Part shown: one piece after another, positions 52,861 to 61,859 of the stretch
Layout of the letters: each line of letters starts with the position of its first letter
Position numbering within the stretch: the first letter of the stretch is position 1
From: Escherichia coli
Lineage (GTDB): Bacteria; Pseudomonadota; Gammaproteobacteria; Enterobacterales; Enterobacteriaceae
Assembly (NCBI RefSeq): GCF_002854065.1
Contig: NZ_CP024147.1
Direction: 5' to 3' (one strand)
Length of the DNA stretch: 64,000 nucleotides
Program-made: the position numbers and the translations under genes
Notes under the pieces: generated by a model
What the model saw: the letters and a program-made list of their open reading frames with translations, nothing else
What the model was told of the DNA's origin: nothing
Database searches by the model: none

Positions 52861-53520
52861 TTACGCACGCTGGATTGGATTACGCGCGATTTCCAGCACT
52901 GCATCGGTAAAGGCGTTACAGGCCGCTTTACACGCTGCCTGGCTACCGGTTAAAAATGCTGCCGAGTAGTTAGTTTCAGACGGTGGCGGGACATAGGTCA
53001 CCAGCTGTACGTCGGCAGATTTCAACGCTGCATCAATGCCGTAGGTCGCTTCCAGCGGCGGTGCCACCAGATACGCCATCGGATCGCCAAGCGTGATCCC
53101 GGCGGTTGATGAGAGATAAGAACCGGTACGCGAAACTACATGTGCCAGGAATGCCGTATCTTGCGCATCATTAGCCCACTGGAAAGCAGCGCCATTTTCA
53201 ATATGCGCAACCATCGCATCCAGACCGGCACGCACTTCCGCCGGGTTTGGCCCACCAAGCATAATCAGTACTTCACCGGCAGTCGGTGACGGGCCGTGTG
53301 CAGCGCCCGCATACAGCGAGCGGCCATACACCACTTCTACCATCGCTTGTTTGGTCGCTTCGTCAGCCGCAATGTAGGTTACGTCATCGGAATCAGCAGA
53401 AATCAGCCCGAGGCTACGAATATGCGGCGGCAATTTCAGTTCACGCGCAAAATCGGCGTTAACGGAGGCAATCACCCGCATAGCGGTGACAGACGGTCGA
53501 ATAAAATCTAAAGCTGGCAT
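52861..53520 (-). CDS. eutL: Ethanolamine microcompartment shell protein EutL (tandem BMC)
   Basis: 219 aa. Confidence 0.9.
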   Translation of the reverse strand: MPALDFIRPSVTAMRVIASVNADFARELKLPPHIRSLGLISADSDDVTYIAADEATKQAMVEVVYGRSLYAGAAHGPSPTAGEVLIMLGGPNPAEVRAGLDAMVAHIENGAAFQWANDAQDTAFLAHVVSRTGSYLSSTAGITLGDPMAYLVAPPLEATYGIDAALKSADVQLVTYVPPPSETNYSAAFLTGSQAACKAACNAFTDAVLEIARNPIQRA

Positions 53521-53529
53521 GATGCCTCC

Positions 53530-54417
53530 TTATCGGGTCATGTTGATGCCGGATGCTTTCTGCTCCAGCATACGTTTCGCCAAATCCACAATGACGGCTG
53601 CGGCTTCAACCGGCGGCGTGCCGCCCTGGTGAATGTTAGAGATACAGGTGCGATCGGCCTCAACGGTGGTCGCCATACGCGGCGAGTAAACGGCGTAGCA
53701 GGAGAGGCTTTCTGACTGACCCAACCCCGGACGTTCGCCCACCAGCAGGATCACTACTTTCGCGCCGAGGATCTCACCGATCTGATCTTCAATCTTCACG
53801 CGACCATAACGAACAAAGAATGGTGTACCGACTTTCAGCCCGGCCTGTTTCAGCCCCGCCATCAGCGGTGGCAGGATCTCTTCGTAGTTCACGGTGATCG
53901 CATCAGTTGACAGGCCATCAGAAATAACGACCTGTACGTCCGGATTAGCAACACACTGTGCTTTCAGCGCTTCAACAGCTTCTGCACACAGGCGGCGGCC
54001 CATATCCGGGCGAGTCAGGTAGAGATTTTTGTCGCTAATTTCAGAGCGTACTTCCAGCAAGCCCTGCGCTTTCACCCACTCTTCCGGCACTTCTTTAAGT
54101 ACGGTATCTTTCGAACGAGAGTGATCGGCCAGGAAACGCAGCAACGCCTGGGTACGCGGACGCGGACCGGCACGACCGGTACAAACGCGGGCCACGGTGC
54201 TGCGACGCAGTTCTGTTAACACATCCGCACGATGTGGGTTTTCAACACCAATCCACGCTTTTGCTTCCGCAGAACCTAAATCCAGCGCACAGCTTTCCGA
54301 GGTCACCGGTGCCGCACAGGTGGTAGTGGCGCACTTTGCTTCTGACGGCGCGGGGGCCGTTTGTCCCATTGACGCCATCACGCTGCGTACAATTTCTTCA
54401 ATCTGTTTTTGATCCAT
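53530..54417 (-). CDS. eutC: Ethanolamine ammonia-lyase small subunit EutC
   Basis: 295 aa. Confidence 0.9.
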   Translation of the reverse strand: MDQKQIEEIVRSVMASMGQTAPAPSEAKCATTTCAAPVTSESCALDLGSAEAKAWIGVENPHRADVLTELRRSTVARVCTGRAGPRPRTQALLRFLADHSRSKDTVLKEVPEEWVKAQGLLEVRSEISDKNLYLTRPDMGRRLCAEAVEALKAQCVANPDVQVVISDGLSTDAITVNYEEILPPLMAGLKQAGLKVGTPFFVRYGRVKIEDQIGEILGAKVVILLVGERPGLGQSESLSCYAVYSPRMATTVEADRTCISNIHQGGTPPVEAAAVIVDLAKRMLEQKASGINMTR

Positions 54418-54437
54418 GATGTGTTATCTCCGCGTCA

Positions 54438-55799
54438 TCAGAAGAACAGTGACGGATCGCCCGCCCGTTTGATCAAGCGACCGTTTGCCATAATGCCCAT
54501 GCTTTCCAGCCAGCGTTCAAACTCCGGTGACGGGCGCAGGTTGAGTAACTGACGCACAGTGGCAGTGTCGTGGAAGGCGGTGGTCTGGTAGTTGAGCATG
54601 ATGTCATCGCCCAACGGCATCCCCATGATGTAATTGCAGCCTGCGGTGGCGAGCAGGATCATCAGGTTTTCGTTGAGGTTCTGGTCAGCGTCAGCGTGGT
54701 TGGTGTAACAGCAGTCACAGCCCATAGAGATGCCGCTCAGCTTGCCCATAAAGTGATCTTCTAAGCCCGCACGGATAATCTGGCGGTCGTTGTAGAGATA
54801 CTCCGGCCCAATAAAGCCGACCACGGTGTTGACGATAAACGGATCGTAATGACGCGCCAGCCCATAGTTACGTGCTTCCATCGTCACCTGGTCTGCGCCG
54901 AAGTTAGCGCCAGCGGATAGCGCTGAACCTTGTCCGGTTTCGAAGTAGAGGCAGTTTTCCCCGGCGATACGGTTGAACTCTGCACCCACTGCGCGCGCTT
55001 CGTCGAGCATCGCCAGTTCCACGCCAAACTCTTTCAGCCCTTTTTCACTGCCACAGATACTCTGGAAAATCAGCCCGCCTGGTGCGCCACGACGAATCGC
55101 TTCGATCTGGGTGGTGACGTGCGCCAGTACGCAGCCCTGAGTTGGGATGTTGAATTTGTCGATCACGCCATAGATGGTGTCCAGCACGCGGCTTAAGTTT
55201 TCCACGTCGTCAGTCACCGGGTTAACGCCGATCACCGCATCGCCCACCCCGAAGGAAAGCCCTTCGTAGATTTGCGCGGCGATACTTTGCACGTCGTCAC
55301 GGGTGTCATTTGGCTGCAAACGGGCGCTGAAGGTGCCCGGAATACCGATGGTGGTATTGGCCTTTTTGATTACCGGCATTTTCTTCGCGCCGTAGATCAG
55401 GTCCGCGTTGGAGCAAATCTTCGCTATCGCCGCGACCACTTCCGAGGTCAGCCCTTTGCGGGTAAAGGTAATGTCGTCCACGCTGGTTTCATCGCTCAGC
55501 ACATACTCACGCAGTTCGCTGATGCTCCAGTTTTTAATCTGGTTGTAGGCCGTTTCGTTAACATCGTCCTGAATCAGCCGCGTCACGCAGTCATCTTCAT
55601 AGGCAATCACCGGATTATTGCGGATGTCCGCTACGGTCATTTCCGACAACACCTGCTTTGCCGCCACGCGCTCCTGTGAACTTGCCGCTGCAACGCCTGC
55701 CAGCACATCCCCCGAACGCAGTTCGTTGGCTTTAGCCAGCACCTCTTTTACATCCTTAAACTGATATACATTGCCGAACAATGTGGTCTTTAGTTTCAT
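54438..55799 (-). CDS. eutB: Ethanolamine ammonia-lyase large subunit EutB
   Basis: 453 aa, MKLKTTLFGNVYQFKDVKEVLAKANELRSGD. Confidence 0.95.
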   Translation of the reverse strand: MKLKTTLFGNVYQFKDVKEVLAKANELRSGDVLAGVAAASSQERVAAKQVLSEMTVADIRNNPVIAYEDDCVTRLIQDDVNETAYNQIKNWSISELREYVLSDETSVDDITFTRKGLTSEVVAAIAKICSNADLIYGAKKMPVIKKANTTIGIPGTFSARLQPNDTRDDVQSIAAQIYEGLSFGVGDAVIGVNPVTDDVENLSRVLDTIYGVIDKFNIPTQGCVLAHVTTQIEAIRRGAPGGLIFQSICGSEKGLKEFGVELAMLDEARAVGAEFNRIAGENCLYFETGQGSALSAGANFGADQVTMEARNYGLARHYDPFIVNTVVGFIGPEYLYNDRQIIRAGLEDHFMGKLSGISMGCDCCYTNHADADQNLNENLMILLATAGCNYIMGMPLGDDIMLNYQTTAFHDTATVRQLLNLRPSPEFERWLESMGIMANGRLIKRAGDPSLFF

Positions 55800-55986
55800 A
55801 AGTCGTTCCCTCAGGAAGAAGTGATGAGTAACATTTCTTCCAGCATTCGAACAATTCTATTTCATCGTTAGCCCTTGTCCTGTAAGGTAATTGTCTTAAC
55901 ACGCCCGTTATTCATCATGCCGAACGCAACCGAACGCGCCGGATACATGATCGGGTTTATCCAGTCGTTATGTCGAGGTATCCGGT

Positions 55987-57192
55987 TTGAGCAAGACACC
56001 ACTCACAGCAAAGGCCATCGCAGCCGCGCAGCCAAAAGACAAGCCCTATAAACTCACCGATTCACTGACGCCAGGACTGTTTTTGCTGGTGCATCCCAAC
56101 GGCAGCAAATACTGGCGATTCAGGTATTGGTTGAATAAACGAGAGTTTTTGCAGGCCATTGGTGTTTACCCGCTAATCACACTCAAAGAAGCACGCAGAC
56201 GCGCCACAGAGAGCCGATCTCTGATTGCTAATGGAATTAATCCAGTGGAAGAAGCACGCAAGGAAAAAGCCATTGATGCGCTCAACATGGCGGCAGGTTT
56301 TAAGACGGTAGCGGAGGACTGGCTGGCTACCAGGGTCAGCGGGTGGTCAGAGTCCTACACGAAACAGGTTAGATCGGCACTGGAAAAAGATGTTTACCCC
56401 GTGCTGGGGAAGCGGTCAATTGTCGATATAACGGCCCGTGACGTGCTGGAATTGCTTCAGAAGAAAGAGCGTACCGCACCGGAACAAGCCAGGAAGCTAC
56501 GCCAGCGTATCGGGGAGATCTTCAAATTTGCCGTTATCACCGAACTGGTGGCAAGAAATCCGGTTGCAGATCTGAACACAGCACTAAAAGCCCGCCGTCC
56601 GGGCCACAACGCATGGCTGCAAATTAACGAAATTCAGGCGTTCTATGAAGCACTTGAGAGAGCCGGGAGCGTCCAGATTCAGACGGCAATACGTTTGCTC
56701 ATATTGAGCGCTCTAAGGACGGTGGAACTGCGTAAAATGCGCTGGGAATGGGTTAACCTGGAAGACGCGATCATCACCCTACCCGCTGAAGTCATGAAGG
56801 CCCGTCGCCCGCATGTGGTCCCGCTATCACGGCAGGCGGTAGAGCTATTGCAGGACCAGTTTACTCGCACCGGATACAGCGCTTTCGTCTTCCCTGGTCG
56901 ATTCATGGATAAGCCCTTGTCTGCCAGCGCGATACTGAAAGCCCTGGAGCGTATCGGATACAAGTCGATAGCCACAGCACACGGCTGGCGTACAACGTTC
57001 AGCACGACGCTTAACGAGTCCGGCAGGTACTCACCAGACTGGATTGAAATCCAATTGGCCCACGTCCCGAAGGGTGTACGCGGTGTATATAACCAGGCGG
57101 CCTATCTCAAACAGCGCCGTCAAATGCTTCAGGACTACGCCGACGCCATTGATTCAATACTGGCTGGTGAAGGTAATCCGCTGGAACCGTGA
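55987..57192 (+). CDS. intZ: P4-type tyrosine integrase (IntZ-like, CPZ-55-type prophage)
   Basis: 401 aa, apparent TTG start; catalytic R (LRTVELRKMRWEWV), HxxR (HGWRTTFST) and Tyr (GVYNQAAY) regions. Confidence 0.85.
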   Translation: MSKTPLTAKAIAAAQPKDKPYKLTDSLTPGLFLLVHPNGSKYWRFRYWLNKREFLQAIGVYPLITLKEARRRATESRSLIANGINPVEEARKEKAIDALNMAAGFKTVAEDWLATRVSGWSESYTKQVRSALEKDVYPVLGKRSIVDITARDVLELLQKKERTAPEQARKLRQRIGEIFKFAVITELVARNPVADLNTALKARRPGHNAWLQINEIQAFYEALERAGSVQIQTAIRLLILSALRTVELRKMRWEWVNLEDAIITLPAEVMKARRPHVVPLSRQAVELLQDQFTRTGYSAFVFPGRFMDKPLSASAILKALERIGYKSIATAHGWRTTFSTTLNESGRYSPDWIEIQLAHVPKGVRGVYNQAAYLKQRRQMLQDYADAIDSILAGEGNPLEP

Positions 57193-57198
57193 ACTATA

Positions 57199-57224
57199 AG
57201 GCCGGATTCGTCCGGCTTTTCTTT
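57199..57224 (+). terminator. Terminator after integrase
   Basis: GGCCGGA-TTCG-TCCGGC hairpin followed by TTTTCTTT. Confidence 0.7.
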
Positions 57225-57231
57225 CGCTAAT

Positions 57232-57259
57232 TATTCCACTATTCCAATTAAGTGGAATA
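57232..57259. promoter_or_regulatory. Inverted repeat (candidate operator) between int and the 255-aa gene
   Basis: TATTCCACT-ATTCCAATTA-AGTGGAATA, perfect 9-bp arms. Confidence 0.4.
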
Positions 57260-57418
57260 AATTATTCAATATCAAAAACTTACATCAATATTGCAACAAT
57301 AAAAACGGTGGCTTATGATCAGATCATGATTTTCGGTATGTGAACAGCAAAAACAAGAAGCCCGGAAAGGCGGCAACCAATCCGGGCGATATGGGAAAAG
57401 AGATTAGGAGGTTTCCCC

Positions 57419-58186
57419 ATGCGTAATAGTTTAGCAGTTCGCTTTAGCTTGCAGCAAGGCGAAGAATTATCACAGGAATATCAATTCATCAAATACGAAG
57501 AAGCGCCGGAACAGGTGCAAATAGCTTTTGATGATCAGCACTACGGCAACACTATCCGCTACGACGGTAAAAAATGGTTTCTCAATCCGGTAACAAATGC
57601 CATTCACGTATGTCAAATCATTACGCCAGTAAATAACAGCGCGGATAACGATTCGGCTATTGACGCTGAACTGGTGACAGAACCACTACCGCCACCGCCG
57701 CCAGTACAAGAAAGCGATGTAAAACCCGACGCCATCGATCTGACAGCAGAAGCCAGAGAGCGCAAACAACCGAAGCCGGAACAACCGCAAGCCAAGGATA
57801 ACAAACAGTGGCACGGTAACACGGCGTATCTGAATACGTTTGCTTGTCATCTTCATGAAGTGCTACCACAGGCCATCTATAGCACATGGTGCGACAAACA
57901 AACGGCGGCACACTTCCACCTGCTTTACGCGCTTTGCTACCTGGCAAGCTACGAAAACAAAGATGAAGGTATCGAGCTTGGCGAGGTGTTATATGGTGCT
58001 GAAAAGATCACAAAGGGCGGCGTAGTACCTGGTTTCCATATGGCCCGATCAACGTTCGATATCAAGATTAACGAGCTTGAACAGTGGGGATTAATCAAGG
58101 TAACACGAGGTAAGAAACGTAAGGACGGGCAAGGCAACTTGCCGAACAGTATCAAACTGAACTTTAAGCCGTACAGTTTAAAATAA
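57419..58186 (+). CDS. Prophage hypothetical protein with Pro-rich linker and possible C-terminal winged-helix DNA-binding domain
   Basis: 255 aa; AGGAGG SD 8 nt upstream; N-terminal domain, LPPPPPVQ...PKPEQPQ linker, C-terminal STFDIKINELEQWGLIKVTRGKKRK. Confidence 0.6.
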   Translation: MRNSLAVRFSLQQGEELSQEYQFIKYEEAPEQVQIAFDDQHYGNTIRYDGKKWFLNPVTNAIHVCQIITPVNNSADNDSAIDAELVTEPLPPPPPVQESDVKPDAIDLTAEARERKQPKPEQPQAKDNKQWHGNTAYLNTFACHLHEVLPQAIYSTWCDKQTAAHFHLLYALCYLASYENKDEGIELGEVLYGAEKITKGGVVPGFHMARSTFDIKINELEQWGLIKVTRGKKRKDGQGNLPNSIKLNFKPYSLK

Positions 58187-58194
58187 TCACACTA

Positions 58195-58220
58195 GGCGGG
58201 CAATGTTCCCGCCTTTTCTT
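58195..58220 (+). terminator. Terminator after the 255-aa gene
   Basis: GGCGGG-CAATGTT-CCCGCC followed by TTTTCTTT. Confidence 0.7.
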
Positions 58221-58243
58221 TGCCTCAATCCTATAAAATTCAC

Positions 58244-58282
58244 ATCCCGAAAATCGGTATCTGGGTATCCCGAAAATCGGTA
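58244..58282. repeat. Two tandem 16-bp direct repeats, each internally palindromic
   Basis: ATCCCGAAAATCGGTA at 58244-58259 and 58267-58282 (core CCGA-AAA-TCGG), 23-bp spacing. Confidence 0.7.
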
Positions 58283-58289
58283 AGTAATA

Positions 58290-59400
58290 ATAAGTATTAT
58301 CCTTAAAGGTAAAAACCATATAAGTAAGATCTATCTCTTCAAGAATGTATATATTCACTACGTTCATATATACATGAGAAGTTTCCCTTTCATGCAGTCA
58401 AAACTACATTCATCAGCATCGCTTTCTGCGCTCTCCTTCCCAGCAAGCTGGAAAGGCCCATTCACTCACGCACAACCTGCAAACCAGACCAACATACCAT
58501 CATGGCGATTCGTTCATGGGTAGCGCGGGTATATCTCAAAGGGTGATTTCTTCTTGGTGGACCTTCGGAAGACTTCGAGCAATCGCCAGCTCAAAAGACG
58601 GTCTGGCAGTGATGGTTATCATCGACAGCATTGAGCGCTACCGCGCCAACTTACAGCAGCAGGATAACTACCGAAGGAAAACCCACGCCGAAAGGGATTG
58701 ACTCACTGCAAAGCCAATGGGTTTTATCAGCGTATACAGACCAGACAGGAAACAGCAGCAAAGCAGCGTATAGCCAGGTGCAGACAGTACCATCACACAA
58801 CGCACAGCAGGCTGAGGTGAACACTCAAACAGGTTTATCCCCGCAGCCGACCAACGCAAACCATCCTGACCGTGCCAAATTCGAACGGAATGGTGCCTGT
58901 AACGCGATGAACACATATAACCGCTTACTTGCTTACCTGAAAACTTCACGTCGCCACAGAGCGATTTAGACGCATTATAATTGATGCGATTTCATTAAAT
59001 TTTCACCAGACACCGGAACAACGCCGATTAATCCAGGAATGGATTCATCGACATGCGCCGCTTTCCCCGCAGAACAGTCTCGCCTGAATAGTCTCACCAA
59101 CCAGATTTCAGATTGTCCAATCAGGCACGTCTCATTAAACGACAGAATGCGGCCTACAACGCCATCGCTGCCGATCTCGTTTGAGCAAGGTGCTGAGACT
59201 GAATGACGGACGCCCACTCCTCAGAGCTGAGGAATCGCCACACAGAACGCTGAGATCTGATATTACCGCCGCACCATTCCACGCCAGACGAATCAATCTA
59301 ATCACACCTGAGCAAATGCATTGCCAAAAATTAAGGCCGTCAGAATGCGTTATATTGCGTTTAAACGGCATCTAATTTTAATTAGTTTTGATGTGGTGAT
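58290..59400. other. ORF-poor prophage segment with only short overlapping ORFs; possible gene remnants or noncoding RNA
   Basis: No ORF over 112 aa on either strand across about 1.1 kb; the largest is S/T/Q-rich and of low complexity; contains an AT-rich 10-bp inverted repeat ATGTATATAT/ATATATACAT (58345-58375). Confidence 0.4.
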
Positions 59401-59668
59401 TGCAGGCAAAAAAAATCCCGCCGGAGAGAGCGGGGAAGTGAAATCAATCGTTGTAGTTATAGATCACATTTTGAGTAAGGGTTACCAGCCCTTGAGTAAT
59501 ATTATCCCTGTATTACGTGAGATGCGCAATTATTTTTTGCTAATTAAAAGTTTTGTAAACATTACAGAATATCCCCTTTCCCTATATGGTAAAAGATGTG
59601 AAACAGGGACATGAGGAATATAATATTAAGTATCAACAGTAATGTTGGTCTTTAATTTCATTCAGGGC

Positions 59669-59710
59669 GCGGTGAGGGTTTTCCCATATTTTTCCTCACC
59701 GCTACTTTTT
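59669..59710 (+). promoter_or_regulatory. Hairpin plus T-run directly upstream of the alpA-like gene ribosome-binding site
   Basis: GCGGTGAGG-16 nt loop-CCTCACCGC followed by TACTTTTT and then GAGGTGAGAACATG. Confidence 0.45.
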
Positions 59711-59721
59711 GAGGTGAGAAC

Positions 59722-59913
59722 ATGAATGATAGCGAATTAATGACGGTGAGCGAGGTAGCCGCTTTATTCGGCGTTACCCGACGCACTATATTCCGCTGGC
59801 TGAACAAGATTAAAGGTTGGCCCGTTCCGGTTACTCCGGTCGGTGCACGAATTAAGTTTATCCGATCTGAGATTTTGGAATTCTATAAAAACAAAGGCGC
59901 TCGCCACCAATGA
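59722..59913 (+). CDS. AlpA/Xis-family small HTH DNA-binding protein (prophage regulator or excisionase-like)
   Basis: 63 aa, LMTVSEVAALFGVTRRTIFRWL HTH; SD GAGGTGAG. Confidence 0.7.
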   Translation: MNDSELMTVSEVAALFGVTRRTIFRWLNKIKGWPVPVTPVGARIKFIRSEILEFYKNKGARHQ

Positions 59914-59989
59914 AAACAGCTACTGAGATTATCAAATAACCTATTGATTTAATAAGCTAGCTACCGCAATTTCTGAAGGAATAGGCAGC

Positions 59990-60316
59990 ATGAAAATCAA
60001 AGCAAACACAATTAAAGAAATAACATCAATCAAAGTAAAAGGAGCAGATGCCATGCATTCATTAGACAGTTATTTTCAGCGCACGACAGCCCCTAAATCA
60101 GCCGCCCAGGAACGCCGTGAGGAATTCCAGGAAAAAGTGATGCGTTCTGCTGATTATATTGCGGACAAGTTCGTGGAAACGGTTCGGCCACTTGTTGATG
60201 AAGTAGCTGATAAACTTCAGTCTGAAATGCCGGAAGACATGGAAGGCACTGCAAAGGCGCGACTCCTTTTTGAATTAAGTCGTCGTTTCGGCGTGTCAAT
60301 AAGCACTTTTAAATAA
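59990..60316 (+). CDS. Hypothetical prophage protein
   Basis: 108-aa ORF, AAGGA SD, co-directional tight spacing with neighbours. Confidence 0.5.
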   Translation: MKIKANTIKEITSIKVKGADAMHSLDSYFQRTTAPKSAAQERREEFQEKVMRSADYIADKFVETVRPLVDEVADKLQSEMPEDMEGTAKARLLFELSRRFGVSISTFK

Positions 60317-60333
60317 TCGGAGGAGAAAAGACA

Positions 60334-60876
60334 ATGGACGCATTTGATGTACTGACAAACAAAGGCGATGAACTGGTAGCACAGCGTGATAAAACCGCCA
60401 ACGAAGGGGAACGCGCACTGTTAAATAAGCAGATTAAAGCGATCCGTATGGCCCAGTTTAAATTAATCAGCAATGAAGTTATCGAAATAATTAAACCGCA
60501 GATCCCACAAATCGTTGCTGACGCTATTAAAGCCGCCGGACTGGAGAAACGCATTGCCGGGCTGAAAACGAACGCAGAGAAAATGGAGATGCACAAACAG
60601 AGCGGTGCTCCGACTCCGGATGAGTACTTCTCACCGGATGCTGAGTTTATGGCGCAGGTTGAGGAACGTCTGGGTAGCTGTCTCACCGAGGAACAGCGTC
60701 GCTATTTTGATGGAGTGGATAGTTCGGCAGGTATTGACCTGAACTCGTGTTTCGGTCGTGAAATTGAGCATTTTGATGCCGCCCCGTCTATGCCGGAGCC
60801 AGAACCAGAAATGGCCGCCGATCCTGAAGCTGAGCAACGGAAACGCGTATTCAATGCGATAGGGATTCGGTACTGA
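60334..60876 (+). CDS. Hypothetical prophage protein (acidic C-terminus)
   Basis: 180-aa ORF with strong GGAGG SD 8 nt upstream. Confidence 0.6.
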   Translation: MDAFDVLTNKGDELVAQRDKTANEGERALLNKQIKAIRMAQFKLISNEVIEIIKPQIPQIVADAIKAAGLEKRIAGLKTNAEKMEMHKQSGAPTPDEYFSPDAEFMAQVEERLGSCLTEEQRRYFDGVDSSAGIDLNSCFGREIEHFDAAPSMPEPEPEMAADPEAEQRKRVFNAIGIRY

Positions 60877-60927
60877 TCGGATAAAAGAAAGCCGGGAATT
60901 ACCCCGGCTGACTTAACAATGTGACCA

Positions 60928-61302
60928 ATGAACAAATCGGACAAGACAAACAGGATAAGCAGTCTCGAAACAATGTTCGGGAACTATATTAGCACAAGTC
61001 CGGAGAAAATCATCATGTTGGCACTACGCATCATGCAGGGCATCGCTAAGACCCTCGCAGAACATGTCTTAGACCTGAAACATTCGCCACTGAGCAAACA
61101 GGCCATGAAGCGCCAAACGCTTCGTCTGTGGGCTGAATATTCGCTTGGAACTATCAATAAAATCATCGACATGAAATCGGGGCCGAGCAACCAGAGCGCG
61201 GAGGAAATGGAGTTCATCAGGCGTTTAATTCTCATTCGCAGAGATATTCATAGCCAGTTACACAGCGTGGGAATCGATATTAATGATGGGACGGGCGATT
61301 AA
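60928..61302 (+). CDS. Hypothetical prophage protein
   Basis: 124-aa ORF; weak SD, start uncertain. Confidence 0.45.
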   Translation: MNKSDKTNRISSLETMFGNYISTSPEKIIMLALRIMQGIAKTLAEHVLDLKHSPLSKQAMKRQTLRLWAEYSLGTINKIIDMKSGPSNQSAEEMEFIRRLILIRRDIHSQLHSVGIDINDGTGD

Positions 61303-61340
61303 TTTTCGGACAAGTACAATGCGCGCGCGAGGAGCTGAAC

Positions 61341-61571
61341 ATGAAGCAAGATATTGCAGACAGGCTGGAGATACTCGAAGGCCAGCGGGCAGAAGCGAAA
61401 CAACTACGTAAGCAGGCCAGAAGAGCGCACAGGAACTACGAAGCAGAATCACTGACCGCTTTCATCAACTTCACAAACCGTTGCATCCAGGAGTGTTACA
61501 GGGAGGATGCAGAAAACTGGCTGGATTCATTGCCAGAACAGACTCTGCATGAACTGAACGGCGACCAGTAA
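61341..61571 (+). CDS. Hypothetical prophage protein
   Basis: 76-aa ORF with GAGGAG SD. Confidence 0.5.
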   Translation: MKQDIADRLEILEGQRAEAKQLRKQARRAHRNYEAESLTAFINFTNRCIQECYREDAENWLDSLPEQTLHELNGDQ

Positions 61572-61859
61572 ATAAATCCAGTACGTTTCCCGCAGTGCGC
61601 ATAACGTACATTATGTGAAAAACGATATGGATGTATATCAGTATTGATTTCATTGAGAAAACTGGGTTTTCAGTGGCACAGACAAAGAAGCATAGCTGAT
61701 ACAGCTTTATAAGCCATTGATTCTATTAAGTGATGTTTTTTGTGATTGGTTGAAGCAAACCAAAACACGATGCCACTGAAGCGTTAATAAACTGTTTCAA
61801 TGTGAAATTATTAGAGTAAAGAACAATTTGGAGGGTCCGCAAACGCGGATAACAATATC

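Noticed and set aside
55800-55986. Searched for the prophage attachment site or tRNA-like target between eutB and int
   Set aside because: No tRNA or obvious direct repeat is visible without the other prophage end, which lies outside the window, so no att site is called.
58631-58969. 112-aa S/T/Q-rich ORF inside the island ORF-poor region
   Set aside because: Low complexity, no ribosome-binding site, overlapped by equal-sized ORFs in other frames. Kept only as part of the possible pseudogene or ncRNA region, not as a gene call.
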